A stretch of DNA of 64,000 nucleotides, from IMG/VR virus record IMGVR_UViG_3300020180_000015, positions 19,552 to 83,551 of that record; one strand, written 5' to 3'. The notes below the pieces were generated by a model. The model worked only from the letters and a program-made list of their open reading frames with translations, made no database searches and was not told the origin of the DNA. Below, in pieces: positions 37,804 through 47,800 of the stretch; within the stretch, counting starts at the first letter, position 1; each line of letters begins with the position of its first letter. This stretch comes from a virus. A program made the position numbers and the translations under genes.

Positions 37804-38691
37804 ATGGCACAAATTGAAAGTGGTGGGCAGCACGGCTTGTATAAGATCGTCGCCCAACTCGTCGGCAGCGACGGCGTGAGCTATGGGGTTGCGGGCAGCG
37901 GCATTGCCGCCGGATCGACCAGTAACGCTTACGTGCTGGATCATCCGGTGAATGCGAATATCACCCTGCCGGACGGGGCGACGATAGATTTCACCGCGTC
38001 CGACCAATGGGTCACATCGTACCAGTATGGTCCCAGTTCGATGGGATCATTCGACTTCGAGTTAGAAAATCTTGACTCGAATTTCATCGCACTCTGCACA
38101 GGAACACTGTCAGATCAGACAACGAATGCGCTCTGGACTGAATACACACATAATGCCCACGCCGGCAATTTCCCGCAGATCAGTCTGATGTTCATTTATC
38201 GCATCCAGTCGTTTGAAGCGGCGACATTCGGCGCGACCAAGTACCTGCACACGATCTACCCGCGCAATTGGGTGCGCCCGAAGAAAAACGCGCAGCAGTA
38301 TCAGCAAAAATCGACATCGCCGTATCAGGTGACTCCGGCGGGCGGCGCTCGGCATATCAACGGTCACTTGTTCGGCACGAACTTAGCGTCGACGGATAAC
38401 CGGGTGGTGAGTTACAACATCATCACCGACAACCCGCTGCACATGGCGGTCTGTCATGTTGATGGCTCACCCGAAAGCATTATCACGGCGTATCAGCCTG
38501 TGAGCAGCGCAGTCGGCACATCGTCGAGTACCCGCAATCAACTCGTCAAGTGGATATCGCCGACGGCGACGCTCGGCGTGGCGGATACGATCACGACAGC
38601 CACTGGAACGTTTGCAGTCGGCACGGCGCTCACCGTCGCATCCGGCAACATCGTAACCGTGCTGTACGAAACAGCCTACGTGCCAGTGTAG
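37804..38691 (+). CDS. Putative major tail (tube) protein
   Basis: Size, composition and synteny. Confidence 0.6.
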   Translation: MAQIESGGQHGLYKIVAQLVGSDGVSYGVAGSGIAAGSTSNAYVLDHPVNANITLPDGATIDFTASDQWVTSYQYGPSSMGSFDFELENLDSNFIALCTGTLSDQTTNALWTEYTHNAHAGNFPQISLMFIYRIQSFEAATFGATKYLHTIYPRNWVRPKKNAQQYQQKSTSPYQVTPAGGARHINGHLFGTNLASTDNRVVSYNIITDNPLHMAVCHVDGSPESIITAYQPVSSAVGTSSSTRNQLVKWISPTATLGVADTITTATGTFAVGTALTVASGNIVTVLYETAYVPV

Positions 38692-38697
38692 CCGCCG

Positions 38698-38952
38698 ATG
38701 GACGAGCGATTAGGGCAGCGAAATGAAACAGGGGCGGTGATCCAGTATCCCGCCCTGTACGCCAACGGTGCGCCGTTCACGCCGCGCACGGGCATCACAA
38801 CGGTAAAGGTGGGGCGGGGCTATTTTTACGCGCTGCAACCCGGCATTGCGGTCGCGCCGAACCACGCCGAACTGGGCGCGCTGGCTGCGCCGCCGCCGGA
38901 AGTGGACACCGATGAGGACGGGGATTATCCAGTCGCCGCCGAAATCGCTTGA
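38698..38952 (+). CDS. Hypothetical protein
   Basis: ORF whose stop codon is part of the cassette -35 box. Confidence 0.5.
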   Translation: MDERLGQRNETGAVIQYPALYANGAPFTPRTGITTVKVGRGYFYALQPGIAVAPNHAELGALAAPPPEVDTDEDGDYPVAAEIA

Positions 38953-39028
38953 CTTCCATAATCTTTTGAGTTAAGATAGCGTTAGATTGAGTGCATAATT
39001 CCCCGCGTTGCGGGGGGGGTGGTTGGAA
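38946..39028 (+). promoter_or_regulatory. Cassette 5' module copy 3
   Basis: Repeat of 36134-36220. Confidence 0.85.
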
Positions 39029-39475
39029 ATGAACAGTCGGCAAAAAGTGGTAATCAAAGCGGCGATCAAGCGGGGCGTGCCGCGCACGAAAGACATCACC
39101 AGCGGAATACAAGAGGGCGTCGGCTCGTTGATGAGACAGGTTAGTCGCGCATCCGAACAGGGCGGTAATCCTAATTCCCCGGCGACAGATGTTTACAACG
39201 CTGCCGATCTCTACAAATTGGCGCAGGGATCGCGGTCATTACTCATGCGAGTACAGAACCTCCCCGATGGGTTTCTCAAGGACAAGGTAGGCGGCTCTTT
39301 AAACAGAGCAAACGCCGGTTTGAATAAGCTGAGTGCCAAGCTCGGACAGCGAACTGCGGGCGAGGCGAGATGGCAGTTACAAAGTATCAGCTTGACTCTT
39401 GAGGATGCCGATAAATGGCTGGCTAATCACCGCGTTATAATTGAACGGCGGCGGCTAACCAATGTTACTTCTTGA
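39029..39475 (+). CDS. Leader-tagged cassette protein 3 (unrelated payload)
   Basis: MNSRQKVVIKAAIKRGV then non-homologous helical domain. Confidence 0.8.
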   Translation: MNSRQKVVIKAAIKRGVPRTKDITSGIQEGVGSLMRQVSRASEQGGNPNSPATDVYNAADLYKLAQGSRSLLMRVQNLPDGFLKDKVGGSLNRANAGLNKLSAKLGQRTAGEARWQLQSISLTLEDADKWLANHRVIIERRRLTNVTS

Positions 39476-39489
39476 TGCGCCGCTAACCC

Positions 39490-39513
39490 AACACCCCGCA
39501 CGGGGTGTTTTTT
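39490..39513 (+). terminator. Intrinsic terminator after cassette 3
   Basis: AACACCCCG-CA-CGGGGTGTT-TTTT. Confidence 0.7.
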
Positions 39514-39590
39514 GTTCCCCAGCGTGTCTTGCTGCGAGTGCCGCGTTGCGTAGACTGTAGGTATATTCAGCGTACAGGAGAAAACGGAAC

Positions 39591-39818
39591 ATGGTTCGCG
39601 TACCCGATGAAGACCTGATCCCTACCACACCCGATGACGAAGATACCCGTGATCCAGAAGCGCCGCCTGTCGAGGATCGAATCGGCATTACGGTGACGCT
39701 GGATGATGACCCTGATTTTGACGACGCCGCCGGATTCGAGGTGTCCTCCGGTTGGGTGACTACCCGTGAGCCGATGCGCGACCCTATGGTGACCGAATTT
39801 GATGGCGTGCCGTTCTAA
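39591..39818 (+). CDS. Small acidic protein
   Basis: AGGAG RBS; D/E-rich. Confidence 0.5.
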   Translation: MVRVPDEDLIPTTPDDEDTRDPEAPPVEDRIGITVTLDDDPDFDDAAGFEVSSGWVTTREPMRDPMVTEFDGVPF

Positions 39819-39901
39819 GTATCGGCGTGTCTGTTCAGTCACTTAGCATCCTGCTACATTGTAAGCAGGATGTTTTTTGTTTACGGGGGGGGGCAGAGAC
39901 A

Positions 39902-40414
39902 ATGGTAGGTACGAATCGGGTTTCATTCCTATACGACATGATCAGCGCAGATGTTTTCCGCAGCCGAACATATTCGCTCGACGAGCGAGTCCTAGTAACC
40001 GAGGCGGCGATCACTGCCATCGTCGGCAAAGAGGACGGCTACCACTACGCGCTGTCCGAATGCGTCACTTACACGAAGGATTTAACCTTCGCGTGGATCG
40101 ACGGCGTCCCCGACGAGTTCCGGGCATTTGAAGAGTTCTGGGCGCTGTACAAACGCGGCGTCGCAGTTGACGTGTGGTTTCCCTTCTACGCGGAGCAGGT
40201 CGACAACATCGTATTGATCGGGCAGCGCGAACAAACCCGCATCGAACCGACAGTTCCCGGCGACGAGCAGTCCGCAGTCAGTCATTCTTCTTTGCCGCGT
40301 GTGATGGGATGGCACGGCGCACTTGCCGCCGGGATGAAAACGTGGTCGCCGCCGACAGCGTGGAAGCTGTTTAGCGAACTGCCGGAGGATCAGCGCAGAG
40401 ACCCTTTGGAATAA
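39902..40414 (+). CDS. Tail assembly chaperone (G)
   Basis: Position; ends in slippery C CCT TTG. Confidence 0.65.
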   Translation: MVGTNRVSFLYDMISADVFRSRTYSLDERVLVTEAAITAIVGKEDGYHYALSECVTYTKDLTFAWIDGVPDEFRAFEEFWALYKRGVAVDVWFPFYAEQVDNIVLIGQREQTRIEPTVPGDEQSAVSHSSLPRVMGWHGALAAGMKTWSPPTAWKLFSELPEDQRRDPLE

Positions 40415-40728
40415 AGGAGCATTGGCGAGTCCGGTTCGAATTCGTGGACTTGATCCGCCGCTCCGTCGTACAGAAAGATAACGGCAGGGTATTCGGCATC
40501 GGCAGCGACTGGAGACCAGACAGCCCACCCGCCAAGGCATATAAGGCGTGGGCAATCTGGCGATCTTCGGGGAAAACGCGCTACCCCACCCCGGAGGAGG
40601 TCGATGCGTTGCCCGACGACTGGATCAGTGATATTCACTTGATCGAGCAGATCGCCGAGTGGATCGGCAATAATTCGGCGCAGATGCAGTCGTTCAATAA
40701 TGATGCAAACAAAAATCCCGCCGAGTAA
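40402..40728 (+). CDS. Tail assembly chaperone -1 frameshift extension (T)
   Basis: -1 frame open from CCCTTTG (40402) into ORF 40444-40728. Confidence 0.65.
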   Translation, partial: PFGIKEHWRVRFEFVDLIRRSVVQKDNGRVFGIGSDWRPDSPPAKAYKAWAIWRSSGKTRYPTPEEVDALPDDWISDIHLIEQIAEWIGNNSAQMQSFNNDANKNPAE

Positions 40729-40774
40729 CGCCGCATCGGATTCCATGTTACACTTTACCGAAAAAGGGTGTAGC

Positions 40775-41116
40775 ATGGATGCAGAGACAAAAGACCAGTT
40801 GTCGGCAGCAAAACTCCTGATTGCTCGTAAAGACTACCGCAAAGCGCGTCTCGTTCTTGAGGATGTCGATGATCCCATTGCCGACAAGTGGCTCGACAAA
40901 CTAGACCTGATCGCGCCGGAACGCCGCTCGATCTTCCTCGGTTGGACTCCGGCGTTCACCGCGTTCGTGATCGGCATGATCATCGTGGCGGTTATTGTTG
41001 CCGTCGTCGCACTCAACACTGCGACTGCTGGTAGTCGTGCGATCCGAGAGAACGCCTGTAGTGATCGCTATGATCGATACTCCGCCGAATGGCAAAACTG
41101 CACACGTGGGTACTAG
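40775..41116 (+). CDS. Single-pass membrane protein (moron, possible exclusion protein)
   Basis: Short helical N-domain, TM helix, C-terminal Cys pair. Confidence 0.6.
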   Translation: MDAETKDQLSAAKLLIARKDYRKARLVLEDVDDPIADKWLDKLDLIAPERRSIFLGWTPAFTAFVIGMIIVAVIVAVVALNTATAGSRAIRENACSDRYDRYSAEWQNCTRGY

Positions 41117-41169
41117 TACCGTGTCTGTTTTTTAAATCCTAAATCGAATAAGCTATAAATGTCTACGCG

Positions 41170-41208
41170 ACAGCCCCGACACGAAATATCGTGTCGGGGC
41201 TGTTTTTA
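41170..41208 (+). terminator. Intrinsic terminator upstream of tape measure
   Basis: ACAGCCCCGACACGA-aata-TCGTGTCGGGGCTGT-TTTT. Confidence 0.8.
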
Positions 41209-41223
41209 TTTGGAGATCATGAC

Positions 41224-43767
41224 TTGAGCGGCGTTTCGGTTTGGGAACTCAAAGCGACAGGTGGCGAGGCTACCGCAAAGACTCTTTCCGGGATCGGAAA
41301 AGAGTTAGTTGGCGTTTCCAAAGTCACCGCCAACCTCAAGAAAGGTGGCGGTGTTTCTGCGGCGCTTGGCGACGCCAAGAACATGTCGGCAGCGAAAAAA
41401 CTCCAGTCGCAATTGACAGCCGAGATCACAAAGCAGAAACAAGCCTACGCCGAGCTTCAAAAATCAATTGACGCTTCCGACAACATAAAAACATGGCGTC
41501 AATTAAAGGTTGAGGCGTCGGATGCCCGTGACGGCATCACTTCTCTCGAAAAAGAACTCGAAACTGTTCAAAAGCGTCTACGCGGCATCCGCGTTGACTC
41601 GGAAGATGCATTTGACAATTTCGGCGGCGGCAGCGCGGGGATGGCATTCACGTCCGGCGCGAGAACCATCGGGCAGGCAGTCGGCGGATCATCCTTCGAT
41701 GGTGCTGGCGCCAAGATCGCAGCATCGGCGAATAGCGTCGCCGAGTTTGCCGATAACGCCAGTCAGTTAAAAGAAACACTCCAGTCCCTCGCCCCGGTTG
41801 TTACTGAAACTGTAGCTTCTTTCCGACCCCTCGGCACTGGCTTAAAAGGCGTTTTTGACGGTTTGAAGGCTGGCACGGCGGGACTCGCAGCATCGCTAAC
41901 AGTTGTCGGCGTGGCGGCGGTTGGTATCACCATCGCGCTCGTCGCCGTCAGTAAGATTTTTGAAGCGCTACAGGCATCCACTGATCGTGCGCGGGTAGCA
42001 ACAGAGCAATACATCGAAGCCAGCCGCACGGCAATGGAACTTGACCTCCAGATTAATGCGTTGATCGCAGCGGGCGATGCCGAGTCATTGAGGCAGCAGA
42101 TCGCCGAGCAAACGGCGCAAAGGGCGGGCTTTCAGGCTTTAATCGATGACTACAATGTAATAATTGGAATGATCGATCAAGCATATGCGAATTCCAGTAA
42201 TTGGACTGATCGTAATGAACTCGCCGAGTCCGGCAGGTTGATACGCGAAGATCTCGCTGCGACAGAGCAGCAATTCCGTGCAGTCTCCGCAACATTAAAC
42301 ACGCTTCAGTTTTCGTACCCCAATGCACAGCGTGCCGAGATAGCACGCGCTGCGGCGGAGCGGGTCACGGACGCTGAATCGGAGTTAACGCAGACTCGGT
42401 TGCAAGCACGCGACTCGACGATCCAGTTTGCCAAGTCGCTGCAAGAATTCACCGAGAACGTTACCTACGAGCGCGGCAAACTTCTCGCCGAACGTGAACG
42501 AGAGGACACGCGCTCCACGCGCGATCATCTGCGCGATCTTGCGCGACTCAACAGCGATGGCGCAAAAGCCATCGCTGGGATCAACCGCGAGTACTGGAAG
42601 TCACTCGCCGGAATCGCAAAGGAAGAACTAAAAGCCCAAGCTAACGCGCTTAAAGAGTTCGGCAAGTCAAACATCAAGATCGAGTTCGACTACAATCGTT
42701 CGGTTGTCCGCGCATACGAACAGCGGAACAAGAACCTCGCCAAAGAGCAAAGACGCGCTGACAAGGAGGCGCTGCGGCAAAAGGAAGACCTCAACGATAC
42801 GCTCTTCGATGCCGAACTCGACAACAACGTCATCTCCTTCCTACAAGCGAAGCGGGACGCCGACAAGCAAGCGAAGCGGGACGCTGAGGACAAAGCTGAA
42901 TCGGCGGCGGAGGAGCGCGAGGCATTCCAAGAGAACCTCGACGATCTGCGGACTCAGCGCGATGAGGCACGCGCCGACCTACTTACATCGTTTCGAGAGG
43001 AAGCGGCGGATCGGCGTGAAGCACTGACGGAGCGTCTCGGCGAGGAACGCGAAAGCTACATGGCGCGGCTCACCGAGCAACGACAGTCGAACTCCGAAGC
43101 ACGCGCCGAAGCACGGGCGGCATACACGTCACAGCGTGCCGACCTGATCGAGCAACGGCAGTGGGAAGATGTCCAAACCGCCGAGGCGAATCGGCGGCAG
43201 CTTGAGCAAATGACCAGCGCACACGAGGAGCAGCTTGCCGAACTCGGCGCACGAGAAGCCAATCTACTGCGCGTCATTGAAACAGGCGGCGAATGGCAGA
43301 TCGCCGAAATCACCTACCAGCAACTGGAAATGGTCGAGGTGTATCGGCGCGGCGGCATGTTGGCGGCGGCGGCGGCACGCGATGCACTCGCTGGTAGTCG
43401 TGGCACACTGCCGCGCACGGGCGCAGGTAGCGGCGGGATGCGCGGCAGACGGGGGGATGAGATTGCGTTCCCCGGTCGCCCCGGTGTATTTGCCGACAGC
43501 GGCGGCGTGTTCAATCGTCCTACGTTCGCGCTACTGGGGGAGCGCCGTCCTGAAGCCGTGATCCCATTATCGCCGTCGGGCGGGTTGGCGAACGACGTGA
43601 TGCGGTTGCTCGGCGGGGTAGGGCAGCGCATGTCTTTTGATTTCAGCGGCATGTCCATTGGCAGCGGCGTCTCAGAAGAGACGATTAAATACAACCTTCA
43701 GCTATTGGCACACACGATAGTTAAAGCGATCAGTGACTCCCGGCAGGGTGTGCCGTTCAAATACTAA
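41224..43767 (+). CDS. Tail tape measure protein
   Basis: Long Ala/Glu/Arg helical protein with TM segment and C-terminal GG...PT.ALLGE..PEAVIPL; TTG start after GGAG. Confidence 0.85.
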   Translation: MSGVSVWELKATGGEATAKTLSGIGKELVGVSKVTANLKKGGGVSAALGDAKNMSAAKKLQSQLTAEITKQKQAYAELQKSIDASDNIKTWRQLKVEASDARDGITSLEKELETVQKRLRGIRVDSEDAFDNFGGGSAGMAFTSGARTIGQAVGGSSFDGAGAKIAASANSVAEFADNASQLKETLQSLAPVVTETVASFRPLGTGLKGVFDGLKAGTAGLAASLTVVGVAAVGITIALVAVSKIFEALQASTDRARVATEQYIEASRTAMELDLQINALIAAGDAESLRQQIAEQTAQRAGFQALIDDYNVIIGMIDQAYANSSNWTDRNELAESGRLIREDLAATEQQFRAVSATLNTLQFSYPNAQRAEIARAAAERVTDAESELTQTRLQARDSTIQFAKSLQEFTENVTYERGKLLAEREREDTRSTRDHLRDLARLNSDGAKAIAGINREYWKSLAGIAKEELKAQANALKEFGKSNIKIEFDYNRSVVRAYEQRNKNLAKEQRRADKEALRQKEDLNDTLFDAELDNNVISFLQAKRDADKQAKRDAEDKAESAAEEREAFQENLDDLRTQRDEARADLLTSFREEAADRREALTERLGEERESYMARLTEQRQSNSEARAEARAAYTSQRADLIEQRQWEDVQTAEANRRQLEQMTSAHEEQLAELGAREANLLRVIETGGEWQIAEITYQQLEMVEVYRRGGMLAAAAARDALAGSRGTLPRTGAGSGGMRGRRGDEIAFPGRPGVFADSGGVFNRPTFALLGERRPEAVIPLSPSGGLANDVMRLLGGVGQRMSFDFSGMSIGSGVSEETIKYNLQLLAHTIVKAISDSRQGVPFKY

Positions 43768-43852
43768 CAACTTGACGGCGCCGCAAGCCATTCGGCGTGT
43801 CTGTTCAAACCCAAAGCCTCCGCGTACTCTGAAGTAAACGGAGGCTTTTTGT

Positions 43853-44320
43853 ATGCCTGATACAGGATGGCTTTGGGCACCGACTCATATCAGTGCGACG
43901 ACGCTAGTCGGCACATCAACAAACGACATCGGCAACTATACGCGACAGTCGGATATGTCCGTCGGTAGGGATTGGCTACGCCCCGGCAACGCGGCGGACT
44001 TGATCGATGACGACGGCGAGGTTGTCGACGGCACGAACGGGTATCGGTTCGGTTACGGCGGGGCGGCGATCAAGTGGTCGCTTCACCTGCTCACGCCGAA
44101 GATGGTCGCGTATGTCTTAAGCACAAACTTTCCCGGCGGCGTGTGGTCACACCCTGCAACGATTGCCGTGCCGTTCAGTCGATCCATCGGCGCATCGGCT
44201 AAGTATTACCAGTGCATCGCCACACGCACAAAGTTCAGCGAAGCCGAACTCGTGGCGGGCGGTTTGGATGCGTGGGTTATCGAATTTAGCGACGTGGGTG
44301 AGATCGCAGCGCCGCCATAA
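43853..44320 (+). CDS. Putative distal tail protein
   Basis: Synteny after tape measure. Confidence 0.5.
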   Translation: MPDTGWLWAPTHISATTLVGTSTNDIGNYTRQSDMSVGRDWLRPGNAADLIDDDGEVVDGTNGYRFGYGGAAIKWSLHLLTPKMVAYVLSTNFPGGVWSHPATIAVPFSRSIGASAKYYQCIATRTKFSEAELVAGGLDAWVIEFSDVGEIAAPP

Positions 44321-44367
44321 GCAGTTCTTATGTCGGGACGGCTGATTAAATTGGCGATTCTAGGGGG

Positions 44368-44817
44368 GTGATTATGGAACAGGGCATCACAGACGCACTT
44401 CGACACGCAGCGGCGAATTTCAGGCGGGTACTGCCGCAGCACGGGCTATTTCCGGCGCTCACCACACTCCTAGAAACTCTGCGACTCTACCAACGCACCG
44501 CCATAATCGCCGTTGTCGATGTCGATGTCGAGACAACAGATCAGGCGGCGATGGAGATCGAGCAGCGCGTTCGGATGCTGGTTAGCGCGGCGGCACTCCT
44601 GCTACCAGAACCTCTGACCTCGTCCTTTATCACATACAACCTCGCCGACGACTGCGTGATTGTGATCGCCGAACAAAAGAGCCGATGCAAGGTCGCAGCG
44701 TTTTATTTCAGTGCCTACTCAATCAAGGGACAGTGCGATGCCGACGCCGCGAAGTTGATCGGGCGGCGGCTGTTCAAGATGCTCTACGGTGAAACAGAGG
44801 TTGCGAGTCTAAACTGA
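44368..44817 (+). CDS. Hypothetical protein
   Basis: ORF coupled to next gene. Confidence 0.5.
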   Translation: MIMEQGITDALRHAAANFRRVLPQHGLFPALTTLLETLRLYQRTAIIAVVDVDVETTDQAAMEIEQRVRMLVSAAALLLPEPLTSSFITYNLADDCVIVIAEQKSRCKVAAFYFSAYSIKGQCDADAAKLIGRRLFKMLYGETEVASLN

Positions 44818-47800
44818 TGACTTATGTCGTAGACAGTACCAATTTAGCGCGGCTACGTGCGGCGTCCCACTCCTCGCCGATCTCTGATCTGTTGGCATGG
44901 CCACTCCGAATCGTCGCAACGGCGCTCGTCAATCAGGCGTCCTTTGCCTACCCCCTAGCGCATTTCACTGTCGACAACACATCGGCGGGGTGGGGTGATA
45001 TTCGCGTCGGGCAGATGGCGCGGGTCACCAGCGGATCAAACGTCGTCACTACAGGGATCGTCCGTAAAGCGGCGACTTCAAATACCCTGTACATTTCGGC
45101 AATGGGGCGCGGAGACCCCGGTACGGCGCAGTCAATTCACCGCGACCTCGCCGATAACCAGACGGTAACGGTTTATGATTACCTGCCGATCTGGACGCTG
45201 TTCTCGCGCATCTCCGGCGGCATATTCTACAAGCGGCACGACGAAGCCTACACGGATCAAGGCACCAGCCCTGCGCCCGTGTGTAACATCGGTGCGTGGC
45301 GGCACGCTCGATCCGTATCCGGCGTCGCGCAGTTTGCGTTCACGGCGGCGGCGGCGTTTGCGTGGGCGGGGAAAACGATCACGAATTATCTGTGGACACT
45401 GCCGAGCGGCGGCACGCTGATCAGCGGCACGTTGATCAGCGTCGCTTGTACGATTGAACTCCCTGAAGGGTTTCACCTGATCCACTGTCTCGTTACGGAC
45501 TCCGGCGGCAAGACGCGCTCGGCGACCCGTCCGATCTGGGTGACGGCATGGGATGACAGCGCCTCCGCGCCGATCTCGCACCAACGGGCAGTGAAGCAGG
45601 GCAGTGATCGGCAGGACTTGACCGGGCGCGGCGTCAGTTTTGAAATCTCCGGCGATCATGACATCTTGCAGTCGGTGATCTACGATGGCGGCGCGGTGAT
45701 GACAGTGGATCGTGCGACGCATGGCAGTAACGTGCTTGACGATGGGGTGTACATCAACCAGTACGTCGGCTTCGGCAGTGTCACCAGTCGGCGCGGCAAT
45801 CTGGAAGTTACGACCCTGAGCTATGAAACGAAGTCGCTCGTCGGCACGCTGGCGGATGTGCCGAACTCACCGCAGGCGATCATCGAAACAGCATCCCCCG
45901 GCAATTGGACTGAAGTGAGTCAAGGACTTGCTGATCCGAACTTTGTCGCATGGTATCTACTAGAGTATCACTGCCCGAACGCACTCACGCTGTTTGACTT
46001 CAACAAACTGCCGGATGCGACCCCGCCGCGCAAAAAGCGATGGGGTATCAACGCTGCGACGCTGGGCGGGCAGCTTGAAGAAGTGGCGAAAATTGCGGCA
46101 GGTGCCAACATCGGTAGCGCGTCGGACGGGTCGATCTTCTTTCATCGCAATCCTAGTGTCGAGGGTGATTCCTACCGCGCAGCAATGGAAACGCGGATTA
46201 CGCTGTCCGTTGGCGGCGGCGATACGCTGGGCGATGTCGAGTATCCGGTCAATTACCGTCCGACAGTCGGGCAGTTGAAACTCTCCGGTTTTACCGTCGA
46301 CAGCGGCACGGATGAGACAGATGCCTTCGTCGTCATCGCACACGATGTAACTCAGGGGCAGGGTGCGGGCAAGCAGGAGGAACCTGCCATCGTCGTCACC
46401 AGTCTTACCGACCTGAGAGAGCGAGTCGGCAGGTTGATCGCTATTTACAATAATCCAACGCCGGAGATCACGCTGTTGCTCAACCGGAACATGGACATCT
46501 TTGATCCGGCACGGCATTACGGAACATGGGTTAGTCTTGTGGTCCCGGCACGCTATGATCCGCGTGGCGAAGGCTTGACAATCCGCTGCTCGGTGAAGGC
46601 AGTTGAACGTGAATGGCGGGATCGGGAAGGCGGCGCGGCGAATAAACACATCCGTGTAACGTTGGTCCCAGAAACGGATGGGAAACCCGGTGTGGACATC
46701 ACTCCAGTGCGCGGCGCAGGTGAGAACGTGCCGAATGATCCAGACATTATTCCGCCAGACGATGACTGGCTCAACGTTGCATGGGCGGCAGATGATCAGG
46801 GGGGACTCGGCGGCACGGCAAACTGGCGTGACGCTTCCCCGCGCTGGCGCTCGATCAAAGGCAGCATCACAGGCACTGTCACCGATATGGCACTCGATTG
46901 GCACTCGCCCCTGCCGCGCTCCGGTTGGCGCTTCGGCGAACTTGGTGCGTGGTGCGTGTCAGTCAACGGCACGGCGCTCAAGGTCTGGTACTCGGACGAT
47001 ATTCTGCCGCGCGGGGTCGGGTGGACGGAGTCGGCGTCGATTACGATGACTGACTCAACCGTGCTGACATCGGCACGGATCGTTGCCAGCGAAAAGACCG
47101 ACGGGATCGTGTGGGCATTCTGGAGGACACGCACCGGGTCATGGTTCATTCGTACCAGTAACGGCGGCGGGACGTGGACAGCGGCGACGCTGATCGGACT
47201 GTCCTTCAGTGACTCCACGAACGACGATGCACCGCTGGGCGCGTGTATCGAGGGCGATTACGTGTTCGCCTGCGGGTATACAGGCGGCAAGTACAATCCT
47301 TATTGGGCGGCGGCATCCGTTGGCACGTTCACGCTTGCCACGACCCTCTCTGTGGTAAGCGGGAAGTATGCCGATCACCCCATTGCGTCGATCACCCGTG
47401 CAACCGATGAGGTGGTGTATATGAGCCGCGATGCGAATGCCGTCTCGGTGACGCAGACTTACGCCGCCACTGGATCAACTGCTGCGACGCTGGAGAGTTT
47501 TACCTTCGATCCGTTTGGGGCGTTCGCGTGGCCGTTCGGGCATGGGGCTGCCGCGCCGACGATCTTTGGGGTCGACGTATCCTATGCAGTCGATACCTAT
47601 TTATGCTCAATGGAGTTGAGGTACGCGCTCGGCGATCAGGCATGGCATGTCACCTCACTCGCAGCGACGTTTGAATTGCAAGACTGGAACAACAACAGCG
47701 GCGTAGGGCAGGGCATGTCATACACCGTTGATCTGCTCGACGCCGACGATAACGTGCTGCATACGCACAGCGACTCGTTCGGGTATCTACGCCCGAACTC

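Noticed and set aside
36134-39483. Cassettes as integron cassettes or IS elements
   Set aside because: No attC-like inverted repeats, integrase, transposase or target-site duplication; each has its own promoter
41219-41227. ATG-ACT-TGA mini-ORF overlapping the tape measure TTG start
   Set aside because: Could modulate initiation but is a single short instance likely by chance
45960-46904. Long antisense ORFs in the structural region (also 33849-34655, 59812-60648, 31494-32228)
   Set aside because: Shadow frames of GC-rich coding strands with no motifs or RBS
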